44,617 nt of DNA from the NCBI GenBank assembly GCA_013115145.1, contig JAAPAO010000268.1, positions 1 through 44,617 of the forward strand. Reading direction: 5' to 3'. This document shows, piece by piece, positions 11,248 through 23,455 of the stretch. A program made the translations under genes and the position numbers. Source of the stretch: Perkinsus chesapeaki ATCC PRA-425 (lineage: Eukaryota; Protista; Perkinsozoa). The notes under the pieces were generated by a model. That model was not told the DNA's origin. It saw nothing but the letters and a program-made list of their open reading frames with translations, and searched no databases. How positions within the stretch are numbered: position 1 is the stretch's first letter; every line of letters starts with the position of its first letter.

Positions 11248-12945
11248 ATGTCGTTTCTTGCGCGCCCAGAAATTATCAATGGTTCTAATGGCTACCATGG
11301 GGAGCTTCATCCTGCGGTCGGCCAAGCGGCGCGGTTTTTGGCGAATTCGGATTTGCTGGAGAGGATGGGTCCTGCGGTGTTGTATGGGGTGCTGTTAAAG
11401 CATGCATCTCACTTACCTGAAGATACGCAGCAAATTTTACGGGAAATATTTTCGAGGCGCGTGAAAGATTTGCCTGTCACCGAGCTGCAGCGGTGCATTG
11501 TTAACCTGGGACCATCGCGAGTTTTCTTGGAAAGAGTAAGTAGATATTATGGACTTTATGACGTCCATGCGGATCGACAATTGGTGAGTCGGCAATGCCT
11601 CGAGTCTTTGGGACCGATAACGGCGAAGTTGGTGCGGTCGGAGGAGACCAGTGAGATTTGGAGATGGGCGGAGATGCCATCTTTGTTGTTGCATGCAGCG
11701 CATCTAGCAGCTGATGTGAAAAAGGATTTTCAGATGCACGTGGACTTGGCGGTGTGCTGCGCGCGGGTGGGGGTGGCCAAAGTTCAGAGCAAATCTTTGT
11801 ACGATGTGATTGCGTCGGGCCTGACGGAGGCGGAGAGAATTAGAGAGCCATTGAAAACGCTAGGTGAAGTTTGCATTGCTTTCGGGTTGCCGGATCGGAG
11901 GAATAATTCTGGGGCGCGCGGTCGGGCATCTGAGGCAGCTGCGAGGTTTATTGGGGATAGTGTGGGTAGATTGGGCAAGAGCACGGGTGAAGAGCTGGCA
12001 AGATTTGGTGCATTACTGCGCGCCACGAAATGGCCAATGAAGCAGACTTGGATGGCACTCAGCGAGGAAGCTCGACGGAGAAGTTGGAAAGCAAATCGAT
12101 CGGCTAATCGATTATATCAGAATGATACTTCCCCACCGATTGCTAGGGAATCCGCTTCCACGAAGGCTTCGGTGGAAGTGAAGATGCAGTCGTTGAGTCC
12201 AGCACACGCGTACAGGCTCTACCGCTCCTTCGCGGGATTGCATGAGAGCATGGCGGCAACAGCTTTGCCGACAGTGCTATTCGCAATACGGCGAGATGAT
12301 CGAATAGAGTCACTCGCCGCTTTATTCCAGGCGTGGCAGCTTGGCGAGCCAAATGTTGGTGTGTTTCGGGAAGCGATCGAGAAATGCTTGGCGAGGGTGG
12401 AGGAGGCTTCAGTGGGAACACTTTTGGAAGCGATCAGAGTAGCAAGTCTTAGCGGGCAGGCAGAAACGCAAATAGAAGAGATCGCAGAGGCAATTCTTGC
12501 GCGCCACGAATATCCAGATCTGCACGAAGGGAGAGTTCTAAGTATTGCTGCCGCGTTGGTGAAGCGGAAAGATTCGAGTCGCATCGCGAAGGTTTTGGAT
12601 TTCCTGGTGGCCGGCGAACGTTTGAGCGATTCTCTGGCAAAGTGCGACACGAAAAGTCTGCTGGAGTGTCACGAGCTCTGCGTCTGGGTTGGCGGCCAGA
12701 TGGAGGAGCAATGGAATTTCGTGGCGCGGCGAAAAGTGCCTGACGATTGCCCTGATGAGGAGCTGCTAAGTCGGCTGAAAGATTTATCAGAAAAGGAACT
12801 AGCGGCCATCGAAGCGTTGCGGAATCTCGGTGATCGTCAGTGTCCGTCGGCGAATGGTGTGACGGCTGGTATGGGAATGGCGTTTTTCCTGATGGCCATT
12901 GGTAACTGGCTGGACGAGCATTTCCTTATTGAATACCTTTTGTAG
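11248..12945 (+). CDS. Intronless hypothetical protein, about 565 aa, Ala/Leu-rich and probably alpha-helical
   Basis: Longest ORF in the window (611 codons from an upstream TTG; first ATG at 11248). No motif recognised. Confidence 0.8.
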   Translation: MSFLARPEIINGSNGYHGELHPAVGQAARFLANSDLLERMGPAVLYGVLLKHASHLPEDTQQILREIFSRRVKDLPVTELQRCIVNLGPSRVFLERVSRYYGLYDVHADRQLVSRQCLESLGPITAKLVRSEETSEIWRWAEMPSLLLHAAHLAADVKKDFQMHVDLAVCCARVGVAKVQSKSLYDVIASGLTEAERIREPLKTLGEVCIAFGLPDRRNNSGARGRASEAAARFIGDSVGRLGKSTGEELARFGALLRATKWPMKQTWMALSEEARRRSWKANRSANRLYQNDTSPPIARESASTKASVEVKMQSLSPAHAYRLYRSFAGLHESMAATALPTVLFAIRRDDRIESLAALFQAWQLGEPNVGVFREAIEKCLARVEEASVGTLLEAIRVASLSGQAETQIEEIAEAILARHEYPDLHEGRVLSIAAALVKRKDSSRIAKVLDFLVAGERLSDSLAKCDTKSLLECHELCVWVGGQMEEQWNFVARRKVPDDCPDEELLSRLKDLSEKELAAIEALRNLGDRQCPSANGVTAGMGMAFFLMAIGNWLDEHFLIEYLL

Positions 12946-13371
12946 CATCTAACGTGTTTCTGTGTCATGCGATTCACTGCAGTGATGCGTTGATAGAGAA
13001 TCGATCACCAGGGCGCGCGCTTTTTTAATTTGACTGCGATGGAAGGTGTTTATTGACCAATGGTGGGGTGGGATATTTTGGCGGATGTTGATCGCCGGTG
13101 TGAATGGGTGAGGATGGTAGAAGCAACTTAGAGGCTTTTTAGGCTCAATAAGGACGAATAATAACCACGATAAATTTTTCGCCTTTTCGGGAAAATATTT
13201 CAAAATTTTTCTTTCATGGGGACTTGTTAGGTGGTGTTGCTGTTGATGTGTATGCGTGCAGGATATTTGTGTGATTATTAATTGGTTGCTGTCTCCTTGT
13301 TATTAATGGCGAATGGATATAATTTAACGCATAATAATTGGCAGATAGAACCGGTGACGTCCTGTAGTGTG

Positions 13372-13915
13372 ATGGAAGTGGACCAGACGCGGCCAGGGAA
13401 GAGAAAATTAGGTAAAAATGTCGCTACCGGGGATCGAACCGGGGACTCTCTCTCTTCAGGCTGCTCTGATGGTCCAGTAGACTTCGCTGGTGGTGTTTCT
13501 AGTGTCGTTAGCAGCTGCAGCAGCACGAGTACCTGCCCGTCGCCGATGTCGGTGTGCGAAGATGATGATAAGAAACTAATGAAACGAGCTCGGACCGGTG
13601 ACGCGCCCGAAAGTGCGCATAGAAACCCATATGAGGTATTAGCCTCGGGAAAGAGTAAGCTGTGATGTACTTGTAGATGATGTCATATCACACTGGAATC
13701 ATTTAACCATCTCGGAATTCTCCGTAGGACACTGTATGTTTCAGGTGATTAATGCGATGCTTCGCTCCGCTAATATTGATAAGCAACGACGAGCTGAAGA
13801 AGCAGCGGAGATTGAGAGGCTTCGAGTGCAGCAGTATTGGGCGCACCGCAATCATTGGCTACAGCAGAACGTTGGGTTCCACGGTTCTCGTCACGACGAT
13901 GGCGGTGTCCAGTGA
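13372..13915 (+). CDS. Small hypothetical protein, 3 exons
   Basis: MEVDQTRPGKRKL|GCSDGP..HRNPYE|VINAMLRSANIDKQRR..GGVQ*; introns 13412-13459 and about 13636-13745. Confidence 0.6.
13419..13447 (-). pseudogene. Intronic tRNA 3'-half forming most of a 48-nt intron (13412-13459)
   Basis: Minus strand reads agtc-cccgg-ttcgatc-cccgg-tagcgac-a then ttttt. Confidence 0.8.
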
Positions 13916-14242
13916 GATTTATCAACGTACGCTGCTAGGGCCATTGATAATTCTGTATCATTTTCTACGACGTCTTGCATCCACTCGGATTTTCTCAACG
14001 TAATGTGTGATGGAAGTTGCTAATATTCTCCGCGTAATAAAGGCAGCTGGTCCCGATCGAATCTGTCGGCGTTTGCCGGAGAGGGAAAACACTTCTCACG
14101 ATAAATTATGGCTTTAGTTTTCAATGAGGGTGTGGAAAGACACGGTTGGCTGGGATGATTACGAGCTGTAGCTACCTTCAGCGCAGTGGCTGAGGTTTAT
14201 AGTTGCTGAGGAACGTGTAATACTAGAAAAGATTTGATGCCG

Positions 14243-14315
14243 GCCCTGCTGGCCCAATGGATAAGGCGCCACCCTCCTAAGGTGGAGATTCCGGGTTCGA
14301 TCCCCGGGTAGGGTA
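14243..14315 (+). tRNA. tRNA-Arg(CCT)
   Basis: 73-nt cloverleaf: acceptor GCCCTGC/GTAGGGT, anticodon arm CCACC-CT-CCT-AA-GGTGG, T-arm CCGGG-TTCGATC-CCCGG; followed by only TTT. Confidence 0.93.
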
Positions 14316-14920
14316 TTTGGATATTAGTACAATTCTATTCACGCATGTCGACTTCATTCTGAGTGACGGTCATGCACCTTTCATCGTTGTTGTAAAAACG
14401 TAGTACCATTCGATTACTTGTCCTTGATTATTTGGTTTCAAGCTGCACTACGACACTTAGTCAGATGTGGTTCTCTTCGGTTTTCCGTATGACTGTGCGA
14501 AATCCCATGACCTCTGTCACATCGACCGTGTTGCCCAGAATGCGGATTGCTGCTCTAAAAGAACCGCCGATAATCGAGATTTTCTGCCGTCGGGACCGCG
14601 GAGCCCGATTCAAGACCATCCGACGGTAACTACATAGCGTATTAGTTTCTACTTAATTAAAAATGTTTTAGGCGCCACTATAGGCAGCAGAAGAGGAAGG
14701 CCAAAGAGAGGCAACAAGAATCGACAGAAGCCCGAAGTCAGTTCACGCGAACTTTATAATACTTGTGCACTTTGTGTATGACCATGGAGATGTGGTTTCT
14801 GAACTGTTTCGTGTCTTGGCGTTCCTACATAGTAGTGGGGAAGAATGCACATCATTCTTGGTCGAGATAAGGACTGTAGCGAATAGTAAACTCTCAGAAC
14901 GTTTACTAGACAAGTCAGCG

Positions 14921-16153
14921 ATGAGCTCCGCAGTTTCAACGTCAGTAAACTCCTCGGCGATCGAAGGCTCGAAAGTTTTACATACAATCGAGGGAAAAAC
15001 AGAGGTAGTGGCGCTGCGTATAATAATAATACCCTACCCGCGGATCGAACCCGTAATCTCCACCTTATGAGGGTGGTGTCTTATCCATTGGGCCAGCAGG
15101 GCACACGGAACAACTTCGATCATGATTCGTTCGCCTTTGTGCTCAGGGAATTCCACTTGGCGTTCTCCAACGAGAACTTCACAATAGCCGAAAGCGAGAG
15201 GCTAAGATGATCCAGGAGATAGAACGACTCGAAGAGAAATGCGCGAAGCTCGAAGACACGGCTCGGTCGCTTAACGGTGAAATTCGTGAAAGCCGACGTC
15301 AGTGCGAGGCGCGAGAGGTTGAATTAAAAGGGTCGCGGGGAGAGCTAGAGGAAACGCGACGAAAGCTGGTAGAGGCCGAGCAGCGCATGGCAAGGTGCCG
15401 TGCCGAAAAGTTCAAAATCGAACGCGAAGTGCAGGACATCCACTGGGCTAGTTCTAAGCGGGACCACAAGTTCGACACCCGAATCGAGAACATGCGGACG
15501 ACGATAGGAAGCTTGAAGTGCGCCTATCAGTCTGCATTTGCTATGAACGAGGAAAACGAAAATCTCTGCACGTGCTTGCAGCTCCGTTTAAAAACAAAGT
15601 CTGACCAAGTTGCTAGCCTTCAACAACAGAATGTTCGGCTGAGACAAGCGCTTAATTCCAGAATCGCCGATCTCATGGAGGAGCACACAACTCGGAGCGA
15701 TGACTCTGCAGACACGGACAGGAGCGTTCGGGAACTAACACGAGAAAACGCGCTTATGAAAAGCCGGCTGCAGTATCTGGCTCGTCTGCTCAAAACTGAC
15801 GGGCATACCGATGTCGACGTTGCCAGAGTTGATGAAGCGGTCTATAATCGTATTGTATCAGAGCTTAGGACTCTAGAGGTAGGATTGTATGATTCATGGA
15901 CGTGCAACGTTTTGCTCAGGTGGTGAAATCAGATCAAGATGCCGAGATTTCTCGGCTAGTCTCTGAAATAGCGAGATTAAGAGACATAAGTAATTCTTTC
16001 GGCCTCACAGTTGGGGCCGGAGCCAATGAGAAATTCCGCTCCCTCGAGTCGGAATCCAGCGTACAAGAACGGAGGAAGGCAAGAGCTGGCAAGAAGGCTG
16101 CGAGGTCTAGACGGCGGCGTGGCATCAGTGCAGCTGACTGCGTGACCCAGTGA
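14921..16153 (+). CDS. Coiled-coil hypothetical protein, at least 3 exons
   Basis: ..TIEGKTE|GIPLGVLQRELHNSRKREAKMIQEIERLEEK.. joins in frame across intron 15005-15146; heptad-rich; a second intron precedes VVKSDQDAEISRL..CVTQ*. May extend further 5'. Confidence 0.7.
15030..15102 (-). pseudogene. Mutated copy of tRNA-Arg(CCT) with anticodon changed to CAT, intronic and antisense
   Basis: 68/73 identical to 14243-14315; two T-stem mismatches, D-arm changes, anticodon CCT to CAT. Confidence 0.88.
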
Positions 16154-17467
16154 ACGGCTACATGTGACATTAGTGTTCCTTTGTTGTCAAACCATCAATG
16201 TTGTGTAAAGATAGTCATTCATCCGAGCCACTAGTTGAAAACACGTGGGTTCACCCTTTCATCTTAGTGCCAGCCAATTTGATAACCGCAATAACCCTAC
16301 TCTACTGGTGAAATACCAGCCTTGTAGGAGATCAAAAGGAGTGGTCCGAAGTTTGTACCGTGAAGCTCAGAAAAGATCAAAGGGAATATGAAACTCCTTC
16401 ATGTGAGACGCCTGACGAGGTGACGCTGACAAACCAGGGGAAGTCCCCGGATGTACGCGGAATTCGCATTGCAAGTCGAGACCCAGAATTGCATCCATTA
16501 GTTACCCTCTAGAGATACGGTATCTCAGATACCTGTTGCATCTTCAACAGACCCCTACATGAAGAGCAGTTCTGTAGCTTACTGACAGTTAGTGCAGAAA
16601 TTGGAAACTATCTAAGATGACGGCACAATTGTCAACATAAGAGTAGTCATTATCATGTAGCTTTCTTGATATTCTAGCACTCATCACTAGCAGTTCAAAC
16701 CTGGGCTCTGAAAGTGTGGAAGTCTTGCAATTCGCAAACCCCCCGCCTGCACACACTTCGCCGCACACTGCACATGTCACGCGCACATTGCCCAAGCCAC
16801 ACCCGAAAACAAGTTATATACGATTGCACGTGCCACCCACTTCTCGCCCAACGTCGTAGAAATCACCACAGCAGTACGGATAGCTGGGATACATCGGGTT
16901 TCATACGACGATCAGCACATGGCAGGGCGCCTGAATTTTCTCCGATACTAATGGCGGCACGCACGCACACGATCCGCGACAGCCCTCTCGTTGCACCCCC
17001 CTCTTCAGTCACATGGAAGCGCTGGGAGTGGGACGAAAGTTGCTAAGCTCCAGACCTGAAATCCATGCCCCGGATCGGAATGTGGTCCTAATCGACCCCA
17101 ATACTGATTGAAACGGATCCAATGAGTGAGGCGAGACACTCGAGTAGTCTTGACTGGTGCACGCAAGCGCATGTTTCCCTGTCTCCAGAATAACCCAGCA
17201 CAAGCACATACAGAGGCCGGCAATGTAGGTTGTGAGAGCCTTGAAAGGGGTACGACGGACCCCGATGAGCCGTGGTCTGGCTGAATTTTCCTAGTTTAGG
17301 GCCAGACCAGCCTATTGCCTTCCTATATAGTGTAATAGTTCGTCCTGCTCCTCTCATCAAGCAAGCTTTTCTAGGAGCAATATTTCCTTTCTCCAGCTCC
17401 ACTCAGGTGCCTAAGCTAAGGAATTTGCTCTCTTTAGGGGTTATCATTCGGCTTCAAAGGGCTCGTG

Positions 17468-19833
17468 ATGGCACACCTGTTGCTGGCGGCTCTTCGCACT
17501 GGGTTATTCACTTACCTCTGGCTTTGCGAGACCGAAGCCCGGCAAACACAGAACCTCGGTCAGTGCCACTTCGCTCAGCGTTTGCCTCTTCCACTTTTAC
17601 GCAGAGCGTTTCACTGCTTTTTCCCTCCACTTGTGATCCCGAGATGGATGTTTTTTTTTCAGGTAGGACCGAGGCTGCGCCGCGAGGCCTTCAAGGCGTT
17701 GGGGCATCTCAAATATGCGTGAGTGACTACTTCCAGGAACATGGATACATAGAAGTTGATAGTGGAGTGAAGTGAGTCTGATTATCCAACAAAGATGACG
17801 AGCAGCATCCTTGTTCAAGATACTTTTATTGGTTCATCCAGTCCTATGGGTTCCCGTCAAGCGACCCAACGGTTATATGGACGCCCGGTGAACCAGGTTT
17901 GAGTAGTCTAATGTCGTTCCTCACATCCAACGGGCCATGTATAATCAATACGACCTCGGGGGCTATATTGAATAACAGGTACGCTCGCTGCCGACCCAAT
18001 TCGTTATTCTCGTTTCAGTCTAAACTGGAATCAAGCATTCAATCTGGTCTATTTGGACGAGCCCGCCGGGGTTGGGTTCAGTACTGGGAAGATCGAAACC
18101 GATTCTAACATTCGTGCGGCATACTTGTAAGATTGGGATCTACTACGGACCATATCTGCTCTATTTTAGACGTAACTTTACAGTAGCATTCTTCAAGAAG
18201 TTCCCTCAGTATAATCATAGAGTTTATTATTTTGGATCTTCACAATCAGGTAGGCCGATTGCTCGTTCTCACTTTTGGATCCATAGCTTAGGCTTGGTGA
18301 TACCGAAAGCTGCCAAGTTGACGTATGAGTATAATGTGAATAAGAGTAAGCGTCATCAAATAGACTTCACAGGAGTCGCCTTGCTCAATGCGTTAACGTC
18401 ATTTAGAACGCAGTAAGATGTTTTAGATTCTCGTAGTAGCTCTTGAAAGCACGTGTTCAGGATTGTGGATACTCCAAAAACAGCGTATGGCAGCCCTACA
18501 ACTCCGAGGAGGATAACCAAAGAACAGTAAGCATGCTGCAAAGTCAGCGTCAAAGTTAACATGTCAAACCCATTTGTGTATTTTCTGTCTTTTCTCCTTG
18601 TGGACATAACTCTATTTTGATGTTGAACCCGCCGTTGTGATGTATTAGGTATGAGAAGATGAACTTGGAAAACCTTCAGTGCGTTAGTCAAGCTACAATA
18701 TGCAATCAAGATCCGAGTCCACGTAAGAGGGTCAAGATGCAATGGAAACATACCTTACAATGTAACTTTGTATTTTAGTCAACATTGCCTGTAAACGTGC
18801 TGCTGAAGCGTGTCAGAACAGCTCTATTCTCAACCTCCCCAGAGAAGTCAATATTAATATGTAACCGCTGAATTTTAGCGGCTAGAATGGCCGCTGCTAT
18901 GAAGCTCAACTTCACCATTTAGGTATAACTTGGGAGAAGTGTGTATGAATCAAGTCCCAGATTATTGTAGACCATTCGCTCAAGTGAGCCCTCTTCTCTT
19001 AATGATATGGCTTGAATATGTTTTGGTAGGCCGAGGCGTTCTTAAACAAAGCTGAAGTTAAAAAAAGTATCGGAGTGGACCCATCATTTGTGTATAAAAG
19101 ATATAATCCGGAGGTAAGTTCAGAACAATGGACGCCATCGTCGGTAGAAAGCCTTTTAGGTGGACAATGCTATACAGTCGAGCTACAGCCAATATGAAGA
19201 CTCGTACCCGATCCTAGGGCCACTTATTGATACATACAATATGAAGGTGAGCGTATAATGGAACCATTACTCAGCTGCTTGAAAACATAAGATGTAAAAA
19301 CTGCTTACTGTAGTTCTCCTTCAGTTATTAGTGTTGACTGGAGATCTGGGTTACATTTATCCATGGACGAGTAGCAAAACGTGGTTGCTGAATCTCAAGT
19401 TCAGCCAACAAGAAGCCTTCAGTAAGGCACCTGATTACGATCTCAAGGTAGGATAAACTGTTCTTTGGACCCTTAACTGAATCGAATCAGGATTCGTCGA
19501 TACCGCATCCATTTGGACAGGTGAGGTACCTCAAGTTACCGCATAAAGCACGTCTAGTATTTGTGAGGGTAGGTAAGGGGCTTTTAAGACTGGCAGCAAT
19601 CTCCATGAGATTAATAAATTATTAATAATAATACCATCGATTGACTTCCAATCAATAATGTTTTGGCTCATAGTTCTGCTAGGAGGGAATCACTTTATAC
19701 TCCTGTAACGTAATGACGAGTTTCTTCTCAGCTCTATGGGGCAGGCCAAGATCTATCGTTGAACAAGCCCTTGGAAACTTTAAAGACGGTTAGCTTCTTC
19801 ATTTATGATAATTTCCCGATACCCACTACATAA
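17468..19833 (+). CDS. Secreted serine carboxypeptidase (S10) homologue, probably catalytically inactive
   Basis: Signal-peptide-like start, HGYIEV, YFYWFIQS, VIWTPGEPGLSS, NLVYLDEPAGVGFS, FFKKFPQY..YFGSSQSG, FLNKAEVKKSIGV, LVLTGDLGY, LYGAGQDLSLNKP; no stop in the exons I could trace. Confidence 0.85.
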
Positions 19834-20690
19834 TAATTGCTGTCTTGAACGTCTGTCTTGTTGGCTGTTTCTCACGCTTAGTAGATGCTGATGTTTCGTT
19901 TGGTTCAACAGGACTCATAGCACTGGTTTTTGAGTAAGCCACGGGCGTTTCAGGAAGGCTAAAAATGCCATCTTTCTCAGCCAGAGAATCTCAGGGGAGC
20001 GATCAGATCGCTGCAATCTTCCTGACTGTGTGTCACATGCACAGATAGCCCTCGAAATAACTACTGTGTACAATGGTAAGGTGTGCTCGTATCGCGAAGC
20101 ACAAACAGCCCGGAAGAATGATCAGGGAGTAATACTCCCAGAGGATCGACTTGATCATATTAATCACCTAACGAGCTGATTCTACCCACTATGGATTCAC
20201 GTCAGTCAAGCGATATCCTCCATTGTAAAGGGAGAGCAAGAAGAGAACAATTTTACGCCAATGTAGATAAACACCACAAAACTGTGGTGGCGCAACAGGC
20301 AACCGTACGGACAGGCGCGACCAGCAACAGCCGAAGCTCTGCCCCAGTGAGAATCCCGCTGTGAAGTAGGCTTGCCGCTGCCCCAAGGGGAAGGGTGGTA
20401 CTTCAAAATAACCGTCACCGACGAATTGTTGGCGACAATCTGAGATATGAGTCTCACATCTCGTATCACTCCGGCATCAGGATCCCCTAAGGCCTCAACC
20501 GCTGAGGCCCCCAGCCAGCGATTGGCTGGCTAGTTTACCTCGAATGGGACCAACACACAGTGTGATCCGTAGTATGGGCTCCATACTTCCACTGGGGAGG
20601 GGAGCACTTCAGTGAATCACTCAATTCGCGGACAGGTCTCTTTAGAAGAGAAAATTCTTGCGAGATCAAACGCTCGAGACAACAAAGACG

Positions 20691-20822
20691 ACCATCCTGG
20701 TAACCCGCTGTCGTCGACGCTTCGGGCGTGTTAGACCATCCTGGTAACCCGCTGTCGTCGGCGCTCCGGGCGTGTTAGACCATCCTGGTAACCCGCTGTC
20801 GTCGGCGCTTCGGGCGTGTTAC
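20691..20822. repeat. 44-bp tandem repeat x3
   Basis: Unit accatcctggtaacccgctgtcgtcg(a/g)cgct(t/c)cgggcgtgttag. Confidence 0.95.
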
Positions 20823-21900
20823 GATGAGCCGCTTTACGCAGTCCTTGGGCGTTTCGTGTGACCGAATCGGAGCGCACCGCAACGGAGGCAACTACATGGT
20901 GATGCGAAAAAGAGGGCCCATGCCTCATATTTTTTTGGCGCGTGAGAGTTGCGAGTGAAGTAAGGTACCAAATTGAAGCTCTTGGTGAGATTTTTCTAAT
21001 GCCTCATCAACCATTGTGATATTCGAATAAGGCTCTGAGTAATGGTTGAGCGAAAAAATCGTTACATAGAGAAGTGACGCTTACCGCCCACTTGGGAAGC
21101 CGCATCAGCAGCTAACGCGCCACTAATCCACCGACAAAAAGGTTCAATAGCGTCACCATAATGTACGGCTCTTGTGTTTTGTATGTGCTCGTGACACTGC
21201 GTGAACTCGACAGACAACGCGGTAAATGAAAACATTAGTCTGCATTCATGTGACAGTAGATCGCGAGAATAGATTTATAATGTATGGCAAGGTTCAAATT
21301 AATAGATAAACACCAGTACGATTCAGCAGTAGCAGCGGGAGCCTGTAGTTGGGAAATTCCCTTCCACAATGAAGCAAAGAAGAATTGGACAAGTTTAGCT
21401 CACAAAGGATGGCTCACACAACGTTCGCTTGAGGGGTTGTTGCTCTGGGGCTGGATGCAAAGGTCTAAATCATTGTCATATCTGACAACTTGTGAGAGGC
21501 ACCCTTGGATTAGATATTGCTCCTGAGAAAAGGGGGACAATTTGCACAATCTGACTTATATTTCATCAAAAACTCTATAGCCTTCACGCATGATTTCAAA
21601 ATAGGTGTATGGTAAATTGGTGAAGATCCCTCTCCAGTAGGGAAACCCGTCACAGCAAGCGCTACAGTTAATCATACAAGTTTCAAATGGTGCAGTAAAA
21701 GCTTTGAAGGGGCGCTAGTATTTTTTTTGGAATTTAGTGACATACATAGCTACATAAATGCAACTACATTTCCTTAAGGAGCTTGTTACCAGAGGTTCTC
21801 GCTAAACAATTATTAGATACCGATTAGTTGTTAAACCTCTTCAAAGCTCCGACACTATGCGGGTAGGCGAAACGTGAAGAGGAATGACGTTTGCATAATT

Positions 21901-23455
21901 CTAACCCGCCGGGCAAGCCTGGCTCTCGCTGAATCGAGTGCTTTTAGGACACCCAAGAGAAGCGCGCAGAAAGGAGGTTACTTTTTTGAGGTGTTCCAAA
22001 TCAGGCTTCTCCATAAACTTTAGACTTTTACAAAGAATTAGATTATCTCGACAGCTATCCTGTGCCATTATCATCTCATTAAGAGCATAGCAAGCATTAA
22101 TAACAGCAAGACGCTCGTGCGCAGAGTCTCCCAGGGACACCACGCAGCGCCTACGCCTGAACGGGGACAATTATTGTGACGCATTCCCGCAGAGACTGTC
22201 TACCCGAGAACAGGTGGGGTCGAAAAGTGCTCGGCAATGGCCTTTTTAAAAGATTGAGCTTTCCATTCAAATGCAGAGGCAAACCCCTACTTAGAATGAC
22301 CACGAACTTGAGCTGAAGTCTACACGTACTTGAGGCTCGTAAGTTGTCCTCGCAGAGCTATGTTGAATGGTGCTTAAAGTTGGGAGCAACGACGGCAGGT
22401 ACCTGGCGCAGGTCAGAGGGATCCAGCCAGCTTCGGCATTGGTCACTATAATAACAGTACCTACAAATATTTAATGATAACTGATCGAGCAAACTTGCAA
22501 CGGTAGGTTATCGCCGAATGGACGCCGAGCTCTGGTTCGCGGAGGCCTCCATGTGGACGAGGAACACAAGGGAGACAAAATCGTGAGCAGGTGGTGTTTG
22601 CAACAATAAGAGAAACCTTTACCGTACAAGTGCCACATTGGAATGATTATCGAGAATTAGGGTAACAGACATTGCCATAGTAGCGTACCAAACTCCATAG
22701 CAGTCACTAGAGTGTTTTTAACGAGCTCGGCGTATTCCTCCAAGACCGCTGTCAAACCAGCAGGCAGAAAGGAAGCGTCAACGTGGAGGCCCTGAGCCAT
22801 GGTAGCAGCGAAAGTGACTTGGTGATTGATTTACGCATTCGACGGTCAGGTAACGTGTTGGGAGAATTGTGTCGTCCCAATCAAATATAATGAGGGTGTC
22901 CTCTTTATTGATAAACCGGCTGCTGCCAAATGCGTCAGAGGAGTCCTCAGAGGAGGAGTCGTTGCTGGAAGCTGTAGAGGCGCCGGCGACGGTTGAATCG
23001 AAGGAGTTACTGCGATGGGCCGAGTACCTGAAAATAGCCGTATTGATGCCATCCTGATCAATCCAATCACTTTTGGAGACGCATATGTAGAACAATGAAA
23101 AACATTACGTTACGAACATAACAAAACTTTCTCACTGTGAAAGGGTGCCATTCTGATGCCACAACCTCACATAGGAAGTATAACTCAGATTACTGCGAAA
23201 TTTTCCACTGTGATCGATGCAAACAAACAACCGATTTCCGACTAACTTTCCCCTCCTCGTCAATTGCAACGCTTATGACACGAATTCAAGATTATCGAGC
23301 AGCCCTAGAAGTTCGTACGTGGCGGTCTCAGCAGATACAGCGGGGTGCTCGACGACCGTGCTTGTGTCGGTGTCTTCTTTATGATGATGGTCGTATGGTT
23401 GTTGTTGTTGTTGTTGCTGCTGTTGATAAATTGCATTATTAGTGCGTGTAAGCAT
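21901..23455 (-). CDS. HAD-superfamily-like conserved protein (DWDDT type), multi-exon
   Basis: Spliced exons: DTLIIFDWDDTILPT, EF|GTVIIVTNAEAGWIPLTCARYLP..SARTTYE, FEWKAQSFKKAI, VVSLGDSAHER; poly-Gln N-terminus. Confidence 0.85.

Noticed and set aside
14465-14627. Arginase/formiminoglutamase-like VVLFGFPYD
   Set aside because: Similarity ends after 9 residues and no metal-binding motifs follow.
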